In this document: one piece after another, positions 48,608 to 58,785 of the stretch
Position numbering within the stretch: the stretch's first letter is position 1
Layout of the letters: each line of letters opens with the position of its first letter
Source of the DNA: Trueperaceae bacterium
GTDB taxonomy: Bacteria; Deinococcota; Deinococci; Deinococcales; Trueperaceae
Reading direction: 5' to 3'
DNA: 64,000 nt
Assembly (NCBI GenBank): GCA_965215565.1
Contig: CBDCDZ010000004.1
Span: forward strand, 2,976,001 to 3,040,000
Notes under the pieces: model-generated
Databases searched by the model: none
Seen by the model: the letters and a program-made list of their open reading frames with translations, nothing else
Told to the model about the DNA's origin: nothing
Translations under genes and position numbers: made by a program

Positions 48608-49258
48608 GGCGGCAACATTCCACGACCCGGCGAGGTCAGCTTGGCGCACCGAGGCGTCCTCTTCTTAGATGAGTTTCCCGAGTTTAGCCGCCAAGCCTTA
48701 GAGGTCTTGCGGCAGCCGATGGAGGACGGCGTCGTGACGATCAGCCGCGCGAGGGCGGCGCTGACCTTCCCCGCGCGCTTCACGCTCGTCGCCTCGCAAA
48801 ATCCATGTCCATGCGGTCACTACGGCGATACAGGCAAAGAATGCTCCTGCACGCCCGTCATGCGGAACCGCTACCGCGAACGCATCAGCGGACCGCTCTT
48901 AGACAGGCTCGACTTGCGCATCCAAGTCCCGCGCCTCAGCGCCGACGACCTCATGAACGCCTCGCCAGGCGAGCCGAGCGAAGGGGTGCGCGCGCGCGTC
49001 TTAGCGGCGCGAACGCTCGCACTGAAGCGTCAAGGTGTGCCGAACGCGGAGTTGAGCGGTCAGGCGTTACGAAGGCATACGGCGCTCAAAGATGGACCGG
49101 AAGCCTTTGCGAAGAGCGTCATCCGGCAGCTTTCGCTCTCCGGGCGCGGCTATGACAGGCTCTTGCGCGTGGCGCGAACCGTGGCGGACTTGGCGCAAGC
49201 CGAGGGCGTGAGCGAAGCCCACCTCGCTGAAGCGGTGAGCTACCGGGGCGACTTGTAA
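48608..49258 (+). pseudogene. comM: comM/yifB 3' part (begins with the right TSD copy GGCGG)
   Basis: [55 protein letters not shown]. Confidence 0.95.
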
Positions 49259-49431
49259 CTCTCGTCTCTGCTTGTGTCCTCTGCCTCCTCTAACTCCTCC
49301 GGCGGCTCCTCGCCGCCGTGATAGAGGAACGACGCGATGTAGCCGACAAAGGCTCCTAGCGCGGCGATACCGATATAGAGCAGCGCGTAGAGAAAAATTT
49401 GATACGCACCTCTGGCGAGCGTGTCTTCCAT
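49240..49431 (-). CDS. Small membrane protein
   Basis: One hydrophobic segment; TACACT lies 7 nt before the ATG. Confidence 0.55.
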   Translation of the reverse strand: MEDTLARGAYQIFLYALLYIGIAALGAFVGYIASFLYHGGEEPPEELEEAEDTSRDESYKSPR

Positions 49432-49686
49432 CCCTCCCAGTGTAAACCCCACTTCCTGTTTCTTGTGATACATTGGGTAGAACTTTGTATTTTGAGAAGG
49501 TTTTTCAAAATGACTGAAGTTGTAAGCGCAGGTATGATCTTTTGTATGTGCTGAGCGGTCCTCTACCATAGATGAGGGCGTCCATGCCCCCGCTGCTGCG
49601 CAGAAACTTCGTGAACCGAGCGGAGTGAGACGGACTTCGGTTGAGCGAAGCTATACGAAGTAACCTGCTATCTCGAGGAGGGTAAC

Positions 49687-50793
49687 GTGCCGAGAACATT
49701 GGTGCCAGACGGGGCAGCGAGACGCAAGCGCTTCCGCAGAGGGAGCACATTTGTACTATTTTTCGTAGGACTCGCGGCGCTTCTAAGCGGCTGCGAACTC
49801 AGTAGCCCGCAGTCCATTATGGAGACCGCCGGGCCTGTCGCGAGAAGTCAGTTGGAGCTGTTCAAATTCACCTTCTGGCTCGCGACGGGCGTGTTCGGGG
49901 TGGTCACAGCGGCGCTCATCTACGCGGTGTGGCAGTATCGCCGCCGCGACAATCAGGAGGACCTCCCACCGCAGGTTCACGGCGTCATGAGTTTAGAGAT
50001 CGCTTGGACGCTCGCGCCTGCTATCGTCCTCGTTATTTTAGGCGTCCCGACCGTCAACCTTATCTTCCAGAACCAGAGCCATATCGGCGAAGCAAATGCC
50101 GCCGACGACGACCTCGTCGTCAACGTCATCGGCTATCAGTGGTGGTGGGAGTTCGAGTACCCCGAACTTGGTATTACCACCGCGAACGAGCTGCATATCC
50201 CAACCGGGCGGCGCGTCGTCCTAAACCTCAACTCGGGAGACGTGCTCCACTCCTTCTGGGTGCCGAAGCTCGCCGGCAAGCGCGACCTCATTCCGAACCA
50301 GGACAATCAACTATGGCTCCAGGCGGACGAGCCCGGCATGTACTACGGGCAGTGCGCCGAACTCTGCTTGACCGCGCACGCTTATATGCGCTTCCGGGTC
50401 ATCGCTAGCGACGAACAGGGGTTCGACACGTGGGTAGCTGCGTTCAACGAAGATACGCAGCAGGTCTCGAGCCAGGCTCAACCCTTCGCCGAAGGAGAGG
50501 CACTCTTCAAGACAAAAGGGTGCGCGAACTGCCACGCGGTGAGCGGCTACGCCATGGGGCAGGGCGCGCCCGATCTGACGAATTTCGGCATGAGACACAC
50601 CATCGCGGCGGGCGTAATAGATAACACGCCGGAGAATTTAGCGGCGTGGCTGGCTGACCCGCAAGCGATCAAGCCGGGCAACTACATGCCGACTTTATGG
50701 GCGGCGGACGACCCCGAACGGGACACGCAGATCGCCGCAATCGTGGCGTATTTAGAGAGCTTAGGCAGCGAAACGCCCCTAGCGAGGAGATAA
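49687..50793 (+). CDS. coxB: Cytochrome c oxidase subunit II with fused cytochrome c (caa3-type)
   Basis: Lipobox LSGC, YQWWW, DVLHSF, CuA motif CAELCLTAHAYM, heme motif CANCH. Confidence 0.95.
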   Translation: MPRTLVPDGAARRKRFRRGSTFVLFFVGLAALLSGCELSSPQSIMETAGPVARSQLELFKFTFWLATGVFGVVTAALIYAVWQYRRRDNQEDLPPQVHGVMSLEIAWTLAPAIVLVILGVPTVNLIFQNQSHIGEANAADDDLVVNVIGYQWWWEFEYPELGITTANELHIPTGRRVVLNLNSGDVLHSFWVPKLAGKRDLIPNQDNQLWLQADEPGMYYGQCAELCLTAHAYMRFRVIASDEQGFDTWVAAFNEDTQQVSSQAQPFAEGEALFKTKGCANCHAVSGYAMGQGAPDLTNFGMRHTIAAGVIDNTPENLAAWLADPQAIKPGNYMPTLWAADDPERDTQIAAIVAYLESLGSETPLARR

Positions 50794-50794
50794 A

Positions 50795-52756
50795 ATGGCC
50801 GTAAGACAACCCCAGAGACCCATAGACTCTCCCCGGACCAAGGGGCTCTTAAAGCGCCCGAATTCGGACACGGGCATCGCCAGTTGGCTCACCACGGTAG
50901 ACCATAAGCGTTTAGGCATCCTCTACTTCGTCACGACGTTCGGCTTCTTTCTGCTCGGCAGCGTCGAAGCCTTTCTGATTCGCCTGCAGCTCGCCGCGCC
51001 GAATCAGCAGATCATCGGACCCGATCTGTATAACCAAATCTTCACCATGCACGGGCTCACCATGATCTTCTTGGCGGTGATGCCACTGGGTACAGCGTTT
51101 GCCAACTACTTCGTGCCGCTGATGATCGGGGCGCGTGACCTGGCGTTTCCGCGTCTCAACGCCTTTGGCTACTGGGCTTATCTGGCGGGCGGGCTGATTC
51201 TGTACTCGAGCTTTCTCTTAGGCGGCGCACCCGACGCGGGCTGGTTCGCCTACGCGCCGATGACCCAAACGGCGTACACGCCGGGCACCGGCATCGACTT
51301 CTACCTGATAGGTCTACTCATCAGCGGTATCGGCACGCTCGTCACCGCGATGAACCTCATTGTCACGATTCTCAACATGCGCGCTCCTGGCATGACCATG
51401 ATGCGGATGCCGCTCTTTCCCTGGATGATGCTCGTGACCGCTTTCTTGGTCATCTTCGCCTTCCCGCCGCTGACCATCGCGCTCGTGCAGGTCTTCATGG
51501 ACCGCAGCTTCGGCACGCTCTTTTTCAACCCTGAGGGCGGCGGAATGCCGATTCTATGGCAGCACCTCTTCTGGGTCTTCGGCCACCCAGAGGTCTACAT
51601 CGTCATCTTGCCCGCATTCGGCGTCATCAGCGAGGTCATCCCGACCTTCTCGCGCAAGCCGCTTTTCGGCTACCCAATGGTGGTTTTGGCGGGCATCTTC
51701 ATCGGCTTCATGGGCTTCGCGGTGTGGAGCCACCACATGTTCACGACAGGGCTTGGTGCGGTGGCGGCGTCTGCGTTTGCCATTACGAGCTTCGTTATCG
51801 CCGTACCGACGGGCATCAAAATCTTTAACTGGATCGCGACGATGTGGCTCGGACACATCCGCTTTACCACCGCGATGCTCTTCGCCATCGCCTTTATCTT
51901 CACCTTCACGCTGGGCGGCATCACGGGCATCATGGTGGCGGTGCCCTCCTTCGACGCGCAGGCGCAAGACTCCTACTTCGTCGTGGCGCACTTTCACTAC
52001 GTGATGGGGGGCGGGGCGCTTCTCTCGTTCTTCGCTGGGATTTACTACTGGTTCCCCAAGATGACGGGTAAACTGCTCAACGAAACCGTGGGCAAGTGGG
52101 TTTTCGGGCTCACGGTGGGCGGCTTTCACCTCGTGTTCTTCCCGCAACACTTCTTGGGGCTCATGGGAATGCCGCGCCGCATCCAGACCTACGACGCGGA
52201 TTTGGGTTGGAACCTCTACAACCTCATCTCGACCTCGGGCGTGTTCATCCTTGGCGCGGGCGTCTTGCTGTTTCTTTATAGCCTCTTGCGCGACTACCGC
52301 TACGGCGAAGAAGCGGGCGACGACCCCTGGGACGGACGGACGCTCGAGTGGAGCATCTCCTCCCCGCCTCCCCATTTCGACTTTGCCGAATTGCCTGTCG
52401 TCGAGGACCGCGACCCGGTCTGGCTCGCCAAGCACCCAGAACTCTTAGAGAGCCGCGACGACGTTTCTGAAAGCGCTGATGAAGACGAAGCTGCCACGAC
52501 ATTGCCCCCGAGCGACGAGGGTATTCATATTCCCGGGCAGTCCTGGTATCCCTTCATCATGTCCGTCGGGCTCTTTATCGGCGGCTTCGGCGCGATCTAC
52601 CACAACTGGGTACTCGGTATATTCAGCTTAGTTATTGTCACGCTCAGCACCTACGCTTGGGCGTTCGAGGGGCTCGGCGGTCATCACGTCCACCCCACCG
52701 AGAGCGATTTGCGCGACAGCGGGATCAGCAGATTGCGGGAGGATCACGCACAATGA
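50795..52756 (+). CDS. coxA: Cytochrome c oxidase subunit I (A-type)
   Basis: DHKRLG, TMHG, GHPEVY, WSHH, AHFHY, GMPRR. Confidence 0.97.
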   Translation: MAVRQPQRPIDSPRTKGLLKRPNSDTGIASWLTTVDHKRLGILYFVTTFGFFLLGSVEAFLIRLQLAAPNQQIIGPDLYNQIFTMHGLTMIFLAVMPLGTAFANYFVPLMIGARDLAFPRLNAFGYWAYLAGGLILYSSFLLGGAPDAGWFAYAPMTQTAYTPGTGIDFYLIGLLISGIGTLVTAMNLIVTILNMRAPGMTMMRMPLFPWMMLVTAFLVIFAFPPLTIALVQVFMDRSFGTLFFNPEGGGMPILWQHLFWVFGHPEVYIVILPAFGVISEVIPTFSRKPLFGYPMVVLAGIFIGFMGFAVWSHHMFTTGLGAVAASAFAITSFVIAVPTGIKIFNWIATMWLGHIRFTTAMLFAIAFIFTFTLGGITGIMVAVPSFDAQAQDSYFVVAHFHYVMGGGALLSFFAGIYYWFPKMTGKLLNETVGKWVFGLTVGGFHLVFFPQHFLGLMGMPRRIQTYDADLGWNLYNLISTSGVFILGAGVLLFLYSLLRDYRYGEEAGDDPWDGRTLEWSISSPPPHFDFAELPVVEDRDPVWLAKHPELLESRDDVSESADEDEAATTLPPSDEGIHIPGQSWYPFIMSVGLFIGGFGAIYHNWVLGIFSLVIVTLSTYAWAFEGLGGHHVHPTESDLRDSGISRLREDHAQ

Positions 52757-53379
52757 CCTCTTCTTCTCACAGCGCGCCGCAAACCTCTACCGCCAACGTC
52801 GAGCACGGCGAATACCGCAGCACCAAGCTCGCCGACCGCAAGCTCATGATGTGGATTTTCTTAGCGTCGGACTGCATGTTCTTCGGCGCGCTCATCGGCA
52901 CCTACATCGTCTACAACGGGCGCAGTTTAGAGGGACCCTATCCGACGGATGTGTTCGATATTCCTCTCACAACGGTTAGCACCTTCGTTCTCCTGATGAG
53001 TTCGTTTTTGATGGTGCTGGCGCTGCACGCTCTACGTGAAAACGACATCCCCAAGTTTCGCCTTTGGACGCTGGGCGTATGCGTGTTCGGTTCCATCTTC
53101 TTAGGCTTTCAGGTCTTCGAGTTTCGCCACTTCGTCCACGAGGGTTTGACGTTGCAGCAAAACCTTTTCGGGACGACCTTCTTTACCCTCACCGGCACGC
53201 ACGGAATTCACGTCACGATCGGGGTGCTCTGGCTCCTGTCCATCCTCGTCGCGTCGTATATCCGCCCTGTCAGCAGCAAAGATGCGCTCAGCTTGGAGAT
53301 TGCGGGGCTGTACTGGCACTTCGTTGACATCGTCTGGATCGTTATCTTTACGGTGGTTTACCTGATCGAGTTTCTCTAA
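52753..53379 (+). CDS. coxC: Cytochrome c oxidase subunit III
   Basis: MWIFLASD, LTGTHGIHV, LYWHFVDIVW; ATGA overlap with coxA. Confidence 0.95.
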   Translation: MTSSSHSAPQTSTANVEHGEYRSTKLADRKLMMWIFLASDCMFFGALIGTYIVYNGRSLEGPYPTDVFDIPLTTVSTFVLLMSSFLMVLALHALRENDIPKFRLWTLGVCVFGSIFLGFQVFEFRHFVHEGLTLQQNLFGTTFFTLTGTHGIHVTIGVLWLLSILVASYIRPVSSKDALSLEIAGLYWHFVDIVWIVIFTVVYLIEFL

Positions 53380-53519
53380 GTTGTCCAGAGTTGACGTTGC
53401 GAAGGATTAGAGCGAAAGGCTAAAGGTTGAATAGCTTCGTCAACTCGTTTGAACTAAAACATCCGACTAGAATAGAAGTAAAATTTCCCACTCTTCCACA
53501 CGCTTGAAAGGTTTTTAAG

Positions 53520-55262
53520 TTGAGTCAAGAACCCAATAGTCACCAAGGGCACGAGGGCGGCTCGAGCGTCCGTACTTACGTCATCATCGCGCTTATCTTA
53601 GCGGCGATCACCTACATCGAATTTGCGCTCATCGAGTATGAGTTTGCCTTCCTAGACCGCACCACGACGCTCGTTACTTTAGTCGTGCTCTCAGTCCTCA
53701 AGTTCGTCCTGGTGGTAATGTTTTTCATGCACTTAAAGGACGACGACAATATTCTCACAGGTTTTTTCAGTTCCGGCATGGTCATCGCGGTGGGGACGCT
53801 CGTGGCGCTCTCCTTGCTCTTTACCGTGCGGAGCCTCTCGTACGCGCAGACGCCGCAAGAGGAGCAAGCCGAACTCGTGCAAGCGATTGGCGACGGCGAG
53901 CACGTCTATCAAGAGAACTGCATTAGCTGTCACCAAGCGAACGGGCACGGCGTCGTAGGCGCAGTTCCGCCGCACATCGGTCACACGCCCTATCTTGCGC
54001 AAGCGACAGGCGAAGGTGTTGGTGGGCGCGAGTACATGATCAACGTCGTGTTGCACGGCTTAGAAGGTCAGATCGTCGCGCGGGGAGAACAGTACGACGG
54101 CATCATGCCGCCCTACGACCACCTAAGCGACGAAGAAATTTCAGAAGTTTTGAACTACAGCGTCAACGCTTGGGGCAATCAGACGATCTTGCCGGAGAAC
54201 TTCCAGTTCTTCACTCCCGAAGAGGTCGCTGAGGTGCGCAGTGCGAACAGCGAACTCAGCTCTTTTGACGTCTACAAACTGCGTAGCGCGCTCGACATTC
54301 CCGAAGGACCGGAGCCGTTGACCAGAGCAAGAGACCTCGCCACCTACTTCAACACGCCACCGCCCAAAACGCTCGACGTGCGCCAAATTAACATCGATCC
54401 TGGCAGCTATATTGATTACACACGCGAAAGCGAGCCAGAGATGGCGGATGAGGACAGTAGCGGCGAAGGTCCAGATGACGTGATGGGCGAAATAGGCGAC
54501 GATGTGGGTAGCCCCGAGGCGGACACGGTCCAGGGTATCCGCGACGAAGACCAGGACCCGCTCTACGAGGGCGAAACTGGTACGGGCGAGGTCGTGGACG
54601 GCGCGGCGCTTAATAATCCGCCAGAGCTGCCCGCCGAAACCGTTGCGCCTAACATCTTATTGGAGCCCGCCCAAAACAATACCAACATCAACTTGGAGAG
54701 CCCCTTCGCCGCTGACGGTAGTCTCAGACAAGGGGGCGAGCAGCAACAAAACCAGCAGGATCAACAGCAAAACCAGCAACAGGACCAGCCGCAAGGAGGT
54801 CAAGACCCGCAGCAAGCGCAAGGTGGTGGACAGGAGACGCAAGCTGCGCAAACCTCATTCGATTGGCAACAACTCGGTGAGCAAGCCTACTCGAACTGCA
54901 CGAGTTGTCACCAAGCCGACGGTCAGGGTATCGTGGGTGCGTTCCCGCCGCTTGCAGGGCATTTGCCCTCGGTCTACAACGTCGACGGCGGCCGCGAGTA
55001 CATCATCAACGTGCTCCTCTACGGTTTGCAGGGCGAAATTCAGATTGACGGGCAGAGCTATAACGGTGTTATGACCGCCTGGGGGCAGCTCAGCAACGAG
55101 GAGATCGCCGCTGTGATCAACCACGAGTTGACCACGTGGGGCAACGAGTCGGCGCTGCAAAACTTTCAGCCGATTCAGCCGGACGAAGTCGAGGCGCTAC
55201 GCGGACAGGGCCTAAGCGCAACTGACGTTTACAACATTCGCCAAGGGCTGAACCTCCAGTAA
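53520..55262 (+). CDS. Cytochrome c oxidase subunit IV fused to two c-type cytochrome domains
   Basis: KFVLVVMFFMHLK; CISCH and CTSCH in two similar c552-like domains; acidic/Gln-rich linker. Confidence 0.85.
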   Translation: MSQEPNSHQGHEGGSSVRTYVIIALILAAITYIEFALIEYEFAFLDRTTTLVTLVVLSVLKFVLVVMFFMHLKDDDNILTGFFSSGMVIAVGTLVALSLLFTVRSLSYAQTPQEEQAELVQAIGDGEHVYQENCISCHQANGHGVVGAVPPHIGHTPYLAQATGEGVGGREYMINVVLHGLEGQIVARGEQYDGIMPPYDHLSDEEISEVLNYSVNAWGNQTILPENFQFFTPEEVAEVRSANSELSSFDVYKLRSALDIPEGPEPLTRARDLATYFNTPPPKTLDVRQINIDPGSYIDYTRESEPEMADEDSSGEGPDDVMGEIGDDVGSPEADTVQGIRDEDQDPLYEGETGTGEVVDGAALNNPPELPAETVAPNILLEPAQNNTNINLESPFAADGSLRQGGEQQQNQQDQQQNQQQDQPQGGQDPQQAQGGGQETQAAQTSFDWQQLGEQAYSNCTSCHQADGQGIVGAFPPLAGHLPSVYNVDGGREYIINVLLYGLQGEIQIDGQSYNGVMTAWGQLSNEEIAAVINHELTTWGNESALQNFQPIQPDEVEALRGQGLSATDVYNIRQGLNLQ

Positions 55263-55264
55263 CT

Positions 55265-56059
55265 ATGCCCTGGCTGCTCGACCCGGCGCTACTCGGCACG
55301 CTCCTAACCGCAGGGCTTTTGTACGGTCTTGCGGTGGGTCCTTTACGTTACCGTTTAGCGCCCGGAGCGGCTTTTCCGGGGCGACAAGCGGCGCTTTTTT
55401 ACGGCGCGCTCGTCTTAACCTACCTCGCGGAGGGTTCGCCGCTCCACACGCTCGCGGAGTCCTACCTCTTTAGCGCGCACATGTTTCAACATCTCCTCTT
55501 GAGCTATCTCATCCCGCCGCTCCTCATCTGGGGTACGCCCGACTGGTTGCTCAGGCACCTCTTGCTGAACCACTGGGTCAGACCCGCCGCTGAGTTTTTC
55601 ACCCAGCCCATCGTCGCCTTTGTGACGTTCAGCCTCTTCTTCTCACTCTGGCACCTGCCGCCTTTTTACGAAGGGGCGCTACAAAACGCAGGGTTGCACC
55701 ATCTCGAGCACGTCCTCTTCCTGCTCTCTTCTATCCTCTTGTGGTGGCCCCTCATGAGCCCACTCAAGGAACTCCCGCGCCTTCCCTACGGCGGACAGCT
55801 CGTCTACCTCTTCGTCTTACCGATTGCGCAGGTTTTAGCGTTCGGCGCGATCACCTTTGCCGACTCAGTGCTCTATCCAACCTACGCCGCCGCGCCAAGG
55901 ATTTGGCTCGACCCGCTCGCGGACCAAGCCCTGGGCGGCGCGGTCATGAAGGTCAGCAGCTTGTTCGCCTTCGGCATCCCCTTCGTCGTGATCTTCTTCC
56001 GCTGGTACCAAGAGGAGAATCCTTCGGCGCGTCGCAGGGAGCCGCGTAAAGTTTCCTAG
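55265..56059 (+). CDS. ctaG: caa3-type oxidase assembly factor (CtaG family)
   Basis: LFSAHMFQH, WHLP, HHLEH, DQALGG. Confidence 0.88.
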   Translation: MPWLLDPALLGTLLTAGLLYGLAVGPLRYRLAPGAAFPGRQAALFYGALVLTYLAEGSPLHTLAESYLFSAHMFQHLLLSYLIPPLLIWGTPDWLLRHLLLNHWVRPAAEFFTQPIVAFVTFSLFFSLWHLPPFYEGALQNAGLHHLEHVLFLLSSILLWWPLMSPLKELPRLPYGGQLVYLFVLPIAQVLAFGAITFADSVLYPTYAAAPRIWLDPLADQALGGAVMKVSSLFAFGIPFVVIFFRWYQEENPSARRREPRKVS

Positions 56060-56063
56060 TTCA

Positions 56064-56156
56064 GTAGTGGCTCTGTCTGGAATGACGTTGATGTCGTAGC
56101 AAGGGGTTGAAACCCCTTGCTTTATCACACAGCGACATTCGACTTAAAACCACTAC
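56064..56156. repeat. REP-like nested hairpin after the oxidase operon
   Basis: GTAG-CAAGGGG-TTGAAA-CCCCTTG core inside imperfect outer arms GTAGTGG...CCACTAC. Confidence 0.5.
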
Positions 56157-56226
56157 CCTTAGTTCTTCTCGTTTCGGCTGCGCCTTACGGTTCACATGGT
56201 CTCACTCTGTGCGTTATCCTCTCCTT

Positions 56227-56853
56227 ATGTCAACTAACATCACCGCCATCGCCTTTGACTGGGGCGGTATCTTTACCCAAGGCACCTTCGACAGCAGCGC
56301 CGTCGCGAACCTCGCTAAAGTTACCGGAACTTCCGAGGAGAGAATCGCTGAGACCTACTACCCTTTAATGGAGCACTTCGAAGTGGGCGCGTTCGACTTT
56401 CCGGAGTTTCATAGACGCTTCGCCGAAGGGACGAGCTTAGCGCTCAATGAAAATACCTTCCGCAAAACGTTCTTGGGCTCGGTGCGTGAACGCTCCACAA
56501 TGTTCGACGTATTGAATGCGGTTCCACGGGACTACACCGTCGGGATGCTCTCCAACAACGTCCCTGTTCTTTGCGACACGGTGCGAGACGACCCGCGCAT
56601 GGACCGCTTCAAGCACTTCGTCTTCTCCAACGAAATCGGTGTGAGGAAGCCCGACGCGGCGGCGTTCGCTAAGCTGAGCGAGGCGCTGGGTCATCCGCCC
56701 GAGCAAACCGTCTTCATCGACGACAACGAGGCGAACATCGCCGCGTGTAACGAGTTGGGCTATCAGGGCATCTTGCTCGACAGCTTTGAGAATTTCGCGG
56801 CGCGTTTTCAGGAGCGTTTACCCGACATTTCTCTACCTGACTCCGTCAAGTGA
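56227..56853 (+). CDS. HAD-superfamily phosphatase
   Basis: AFDWGG, LSNN, RKPD, FIDD; the ATG at 56227 is 6 nt after TATCCT. Confidence 0.9.
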   Translation: MSTNITAIAFDWGGIFTQGTFDSSAVANLAKVTGTSEERIAETYYPLMEHFEVGAFDFPEFHRRFAEGTSLALNENTFRKTFLGSVRERSTMFDVLNAVPRDYTVGMLSNNVPVLCDTVRDDPRMDRFKHFVFSNEIGVRKPDAAAFAKLSEALGHPPEQTVFIDDNEANIAACNELGYQGILLDSFENFAARFQERLPDISLPDSVK

Positions 56854-57203
56854 GCGAAGAGGAGCGCGCCAAAGAATACTCTGAAGCGCGCGCCGTCAAG
56901 CTCTTGCAGGGCTACATTTGGTATCCCCGAGGGGAAGAGGTCGAGCTGAGCGACTATCTCCCTGAGCGCTTAGGCGACGTGCACCTCTTGTGGGACGAGG
57001 TGCGCCCGCCCTTCACGTTTTTTGACGACGGCACGCTCGCCGCAACGCAGCACATCGTTCAGTTCACGGTGTTCAAAGAGGTGGAGAGCGGCGAAGACCC
57101 GCAGCGGCTGGTGCCCTGGCTCGCGGAGACGTTGCAGGAGAGACTCAACGCGACGCCGCCTTCGGTGGGGTGGCAGGTGTTCGAGGATTTGCGAGAGGTG
57201 TAG
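56850..57203 (+). CDS. DUF3208-like protein
   Basis: VKLLQGYIW, PPFTFFDDGT, TPPSVGWQVFEDLR. Confidence 0.7.
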   Translation: MSEEERAKEYSEARAVKLLQGYIWYPRGEEVELSDYLPERLGDVHLLWDEVRPPFTFFDDGTLAATQHIVQFTVFKEVESGEDPQRLVPWLAETLQERLNATPPSVGWQVFEDLREV

Positions 57204-57252
57204 CAGGCGTCCCCTGCTGGTGATAACCTCTTCGGGCGACGCGGATCAGACG

Positions 57253-57657
57253 CTACGTCTTCACCCGGCTCGCGCGGCGCGCTTCACGCTCGAGTCCCAT
57301 CTCGGCGTACGCCCGGTAGAGGTTCCGCGTTCTGAGAAGACCGTAAGCCCACTGCGCAACGTAGAGAAGCCAAAAACCGACGCTCGTGTAGCGCCGAAAC
57401 TGCTCGGTGTGGACGGCTTCATGTGCCAAGAGTTGTGGGCTTCGATACCCCTTCACAATCAAGATCGTTTCGCCCCAGGTCTGCGCAACGGCTTTGAAGC
57501 CAAACGCGGGGAGCGCGTCCACCTCATAGATGCGTTCATCTGGTTGGGCTCGCAAGAGGTAAGCGAAGGCGCGCCCGGTGAGCGTCGCCAGAAAGGGGCG
57601 TGAGGCAAGCTTCTCGAGCCCGCCCGCGAGTCCGAAGAGGAAAAGTGTCCAGAGCAT
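57253..57657 (-). CDS. Small HExxH-motif protein
   Basis: AQTWG, LLAHEAVHTEQF, LEREAR. Confidence 0.6.
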   Translation of the reverse strand: MLWTLFLFGLAGGLEKLASRPFLATLTGRAFAYLLRAQPDERIYEVDALPAFGFKAVAQTWGETILIVKGYRSPQLLAHEAVHTEQFRRYTSVGFWLLYVAQWAYGLLRTRNLYRAYAEMGLEREARRASRVKT

Positions 57658-57867
57658 GATGAGGAAAGTTTAGCCCAAAGGCTCGGGTTCGATATGGTTT
57701 CCACTTGACGCTGAACCCGTATATAGCAGGTATCAAAATCTGTCTCGCAAAGCTCGGAGCTGGTTTGAGCCAATCTCACACGATAGAACAACGACTAGCA
57801 CGCACATTATCGGATAATATCTGCGCTATTTCAGTCCAATACTTCTGATAACCGCTATAGTACCTCT

Positions 57868-58785
57868 ATGGCAAAACGCATCTTAGTTATCGGCAGCCTC
57901 AACATGGACCTGGTACTCAACGTAGCGCACCACCCGGAGCCGGGCGACACGGTTTTAGGGGGCGACTTGCAGACCTTTCCGGGCGGCAAGGGGGCAAATC
58001 AGGCGGTTGCCGCTGCCAGGGCGGGCGGCGACACAGGCGGAAACGTCGCGATGTTGGGGTTCGTCGGGACGGACAGCTACGGGAGCACGCTTCTAGAGAG
58101 CCTAGCTAAAGCTGGCGTAGACGCTAAAGCAATCCAGCAAATTTCAGGACCGAGTGGTGTGGCGCTCATCGCTATTGACGGAGCGGGCGAGAACACCATC
58201 ATTGTGAGCCCCGGCGCGAATGGCAAGCTGACACCTGACCCTATCTCCGAGGACCTCTTTGACGGGGCGGCGCTCGTGCTGATGCAGCTCGAGATTCCCT
58301 TAGAGACTGTTCGAGAGGTCGCGGCGCAGGCGCAGACGAGAGGTGTCGCGGTTATGTTCAACGCCGCGCCCGTCCAAGACTTGCCCGCCGACCTCTTATC
58401 CAACCTCACCTACCTCGTGCTCAACGAGGGCGAGGCGGCGTTCCTGAGCGGTCAAGGCGTAACGGACGAGGCGTCGGCGCGAGAAGCAGCCAAGAAGTTG
58501 CGCTCGGACGGCGTGAACGCGGTCGTCATCACATTAGGCGCGCAGGGCGTCGTCTGGTCAGCGGCTGAGAGCGAGGGGCACCTGCCAGCGCACGACGTCG
58601 AAGTGATCGATACGACCGCATCGGGCGACGCCTTTTGCGGCGCGCTCGCCGTGCGTTTAGCGGCTGATTACAGCTTAGAGGACGCGCTGCGCTTTGCGAA
58701 CGCGGCGGGCGCGCTCGCGGCCACGAAGAAGGGCGCGCAGCCGAGCTTGCCGAGCGCGAGTGAGATAGAGAGGTTGATGAAATAG
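57868..58785 (+). CDS. rbsK: Ribokinase
   Basis: GSLNMDL, PGGKGANQA, NE, DTTASGDAF, GAQPS; TATAGT lies 6 nt before the ATG. Confidence 0.92.
   Translation: MAKRILVIGSLNMDLVLNVAHHPEPGDTVLGGDLQTFPGGKGANQAVAAARAGGDTGGNVAMLGFVGTDSYGSTLLESLAKAGVDAKAIQQISGPSGVALIAIDGAGENTIIVSPGANGKLTPDPISEDLFDGAALVLMQLEIPLETVREVAAQAQTRGVAVMFNAAPVQDLPADLLSNLTYLVLNEGEAAFLSGQGVTDEASAREAAKKLRSDGVNAVVITLGAQGVVWSAAESEGHLPAHDVEVIDTTASGDAFCGALAVRLAADYSLEDALRFANAAGALAATKKGAQPSLPSASEIERLMK

Noticed and set aside
48593..49258. Transposon end supplying a start codon to express the 3' half of comM
   Set aside because: The in-frame TTG has no ribosome-binding site and no -10 box at the usual 6-7 nt spacing; not supportable without expression data
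54740..54850. CAG/CAA-rich tandem repeat as a separate element
   Set aside because: It encodes the Gln-rich linker of the subunit IV fusion
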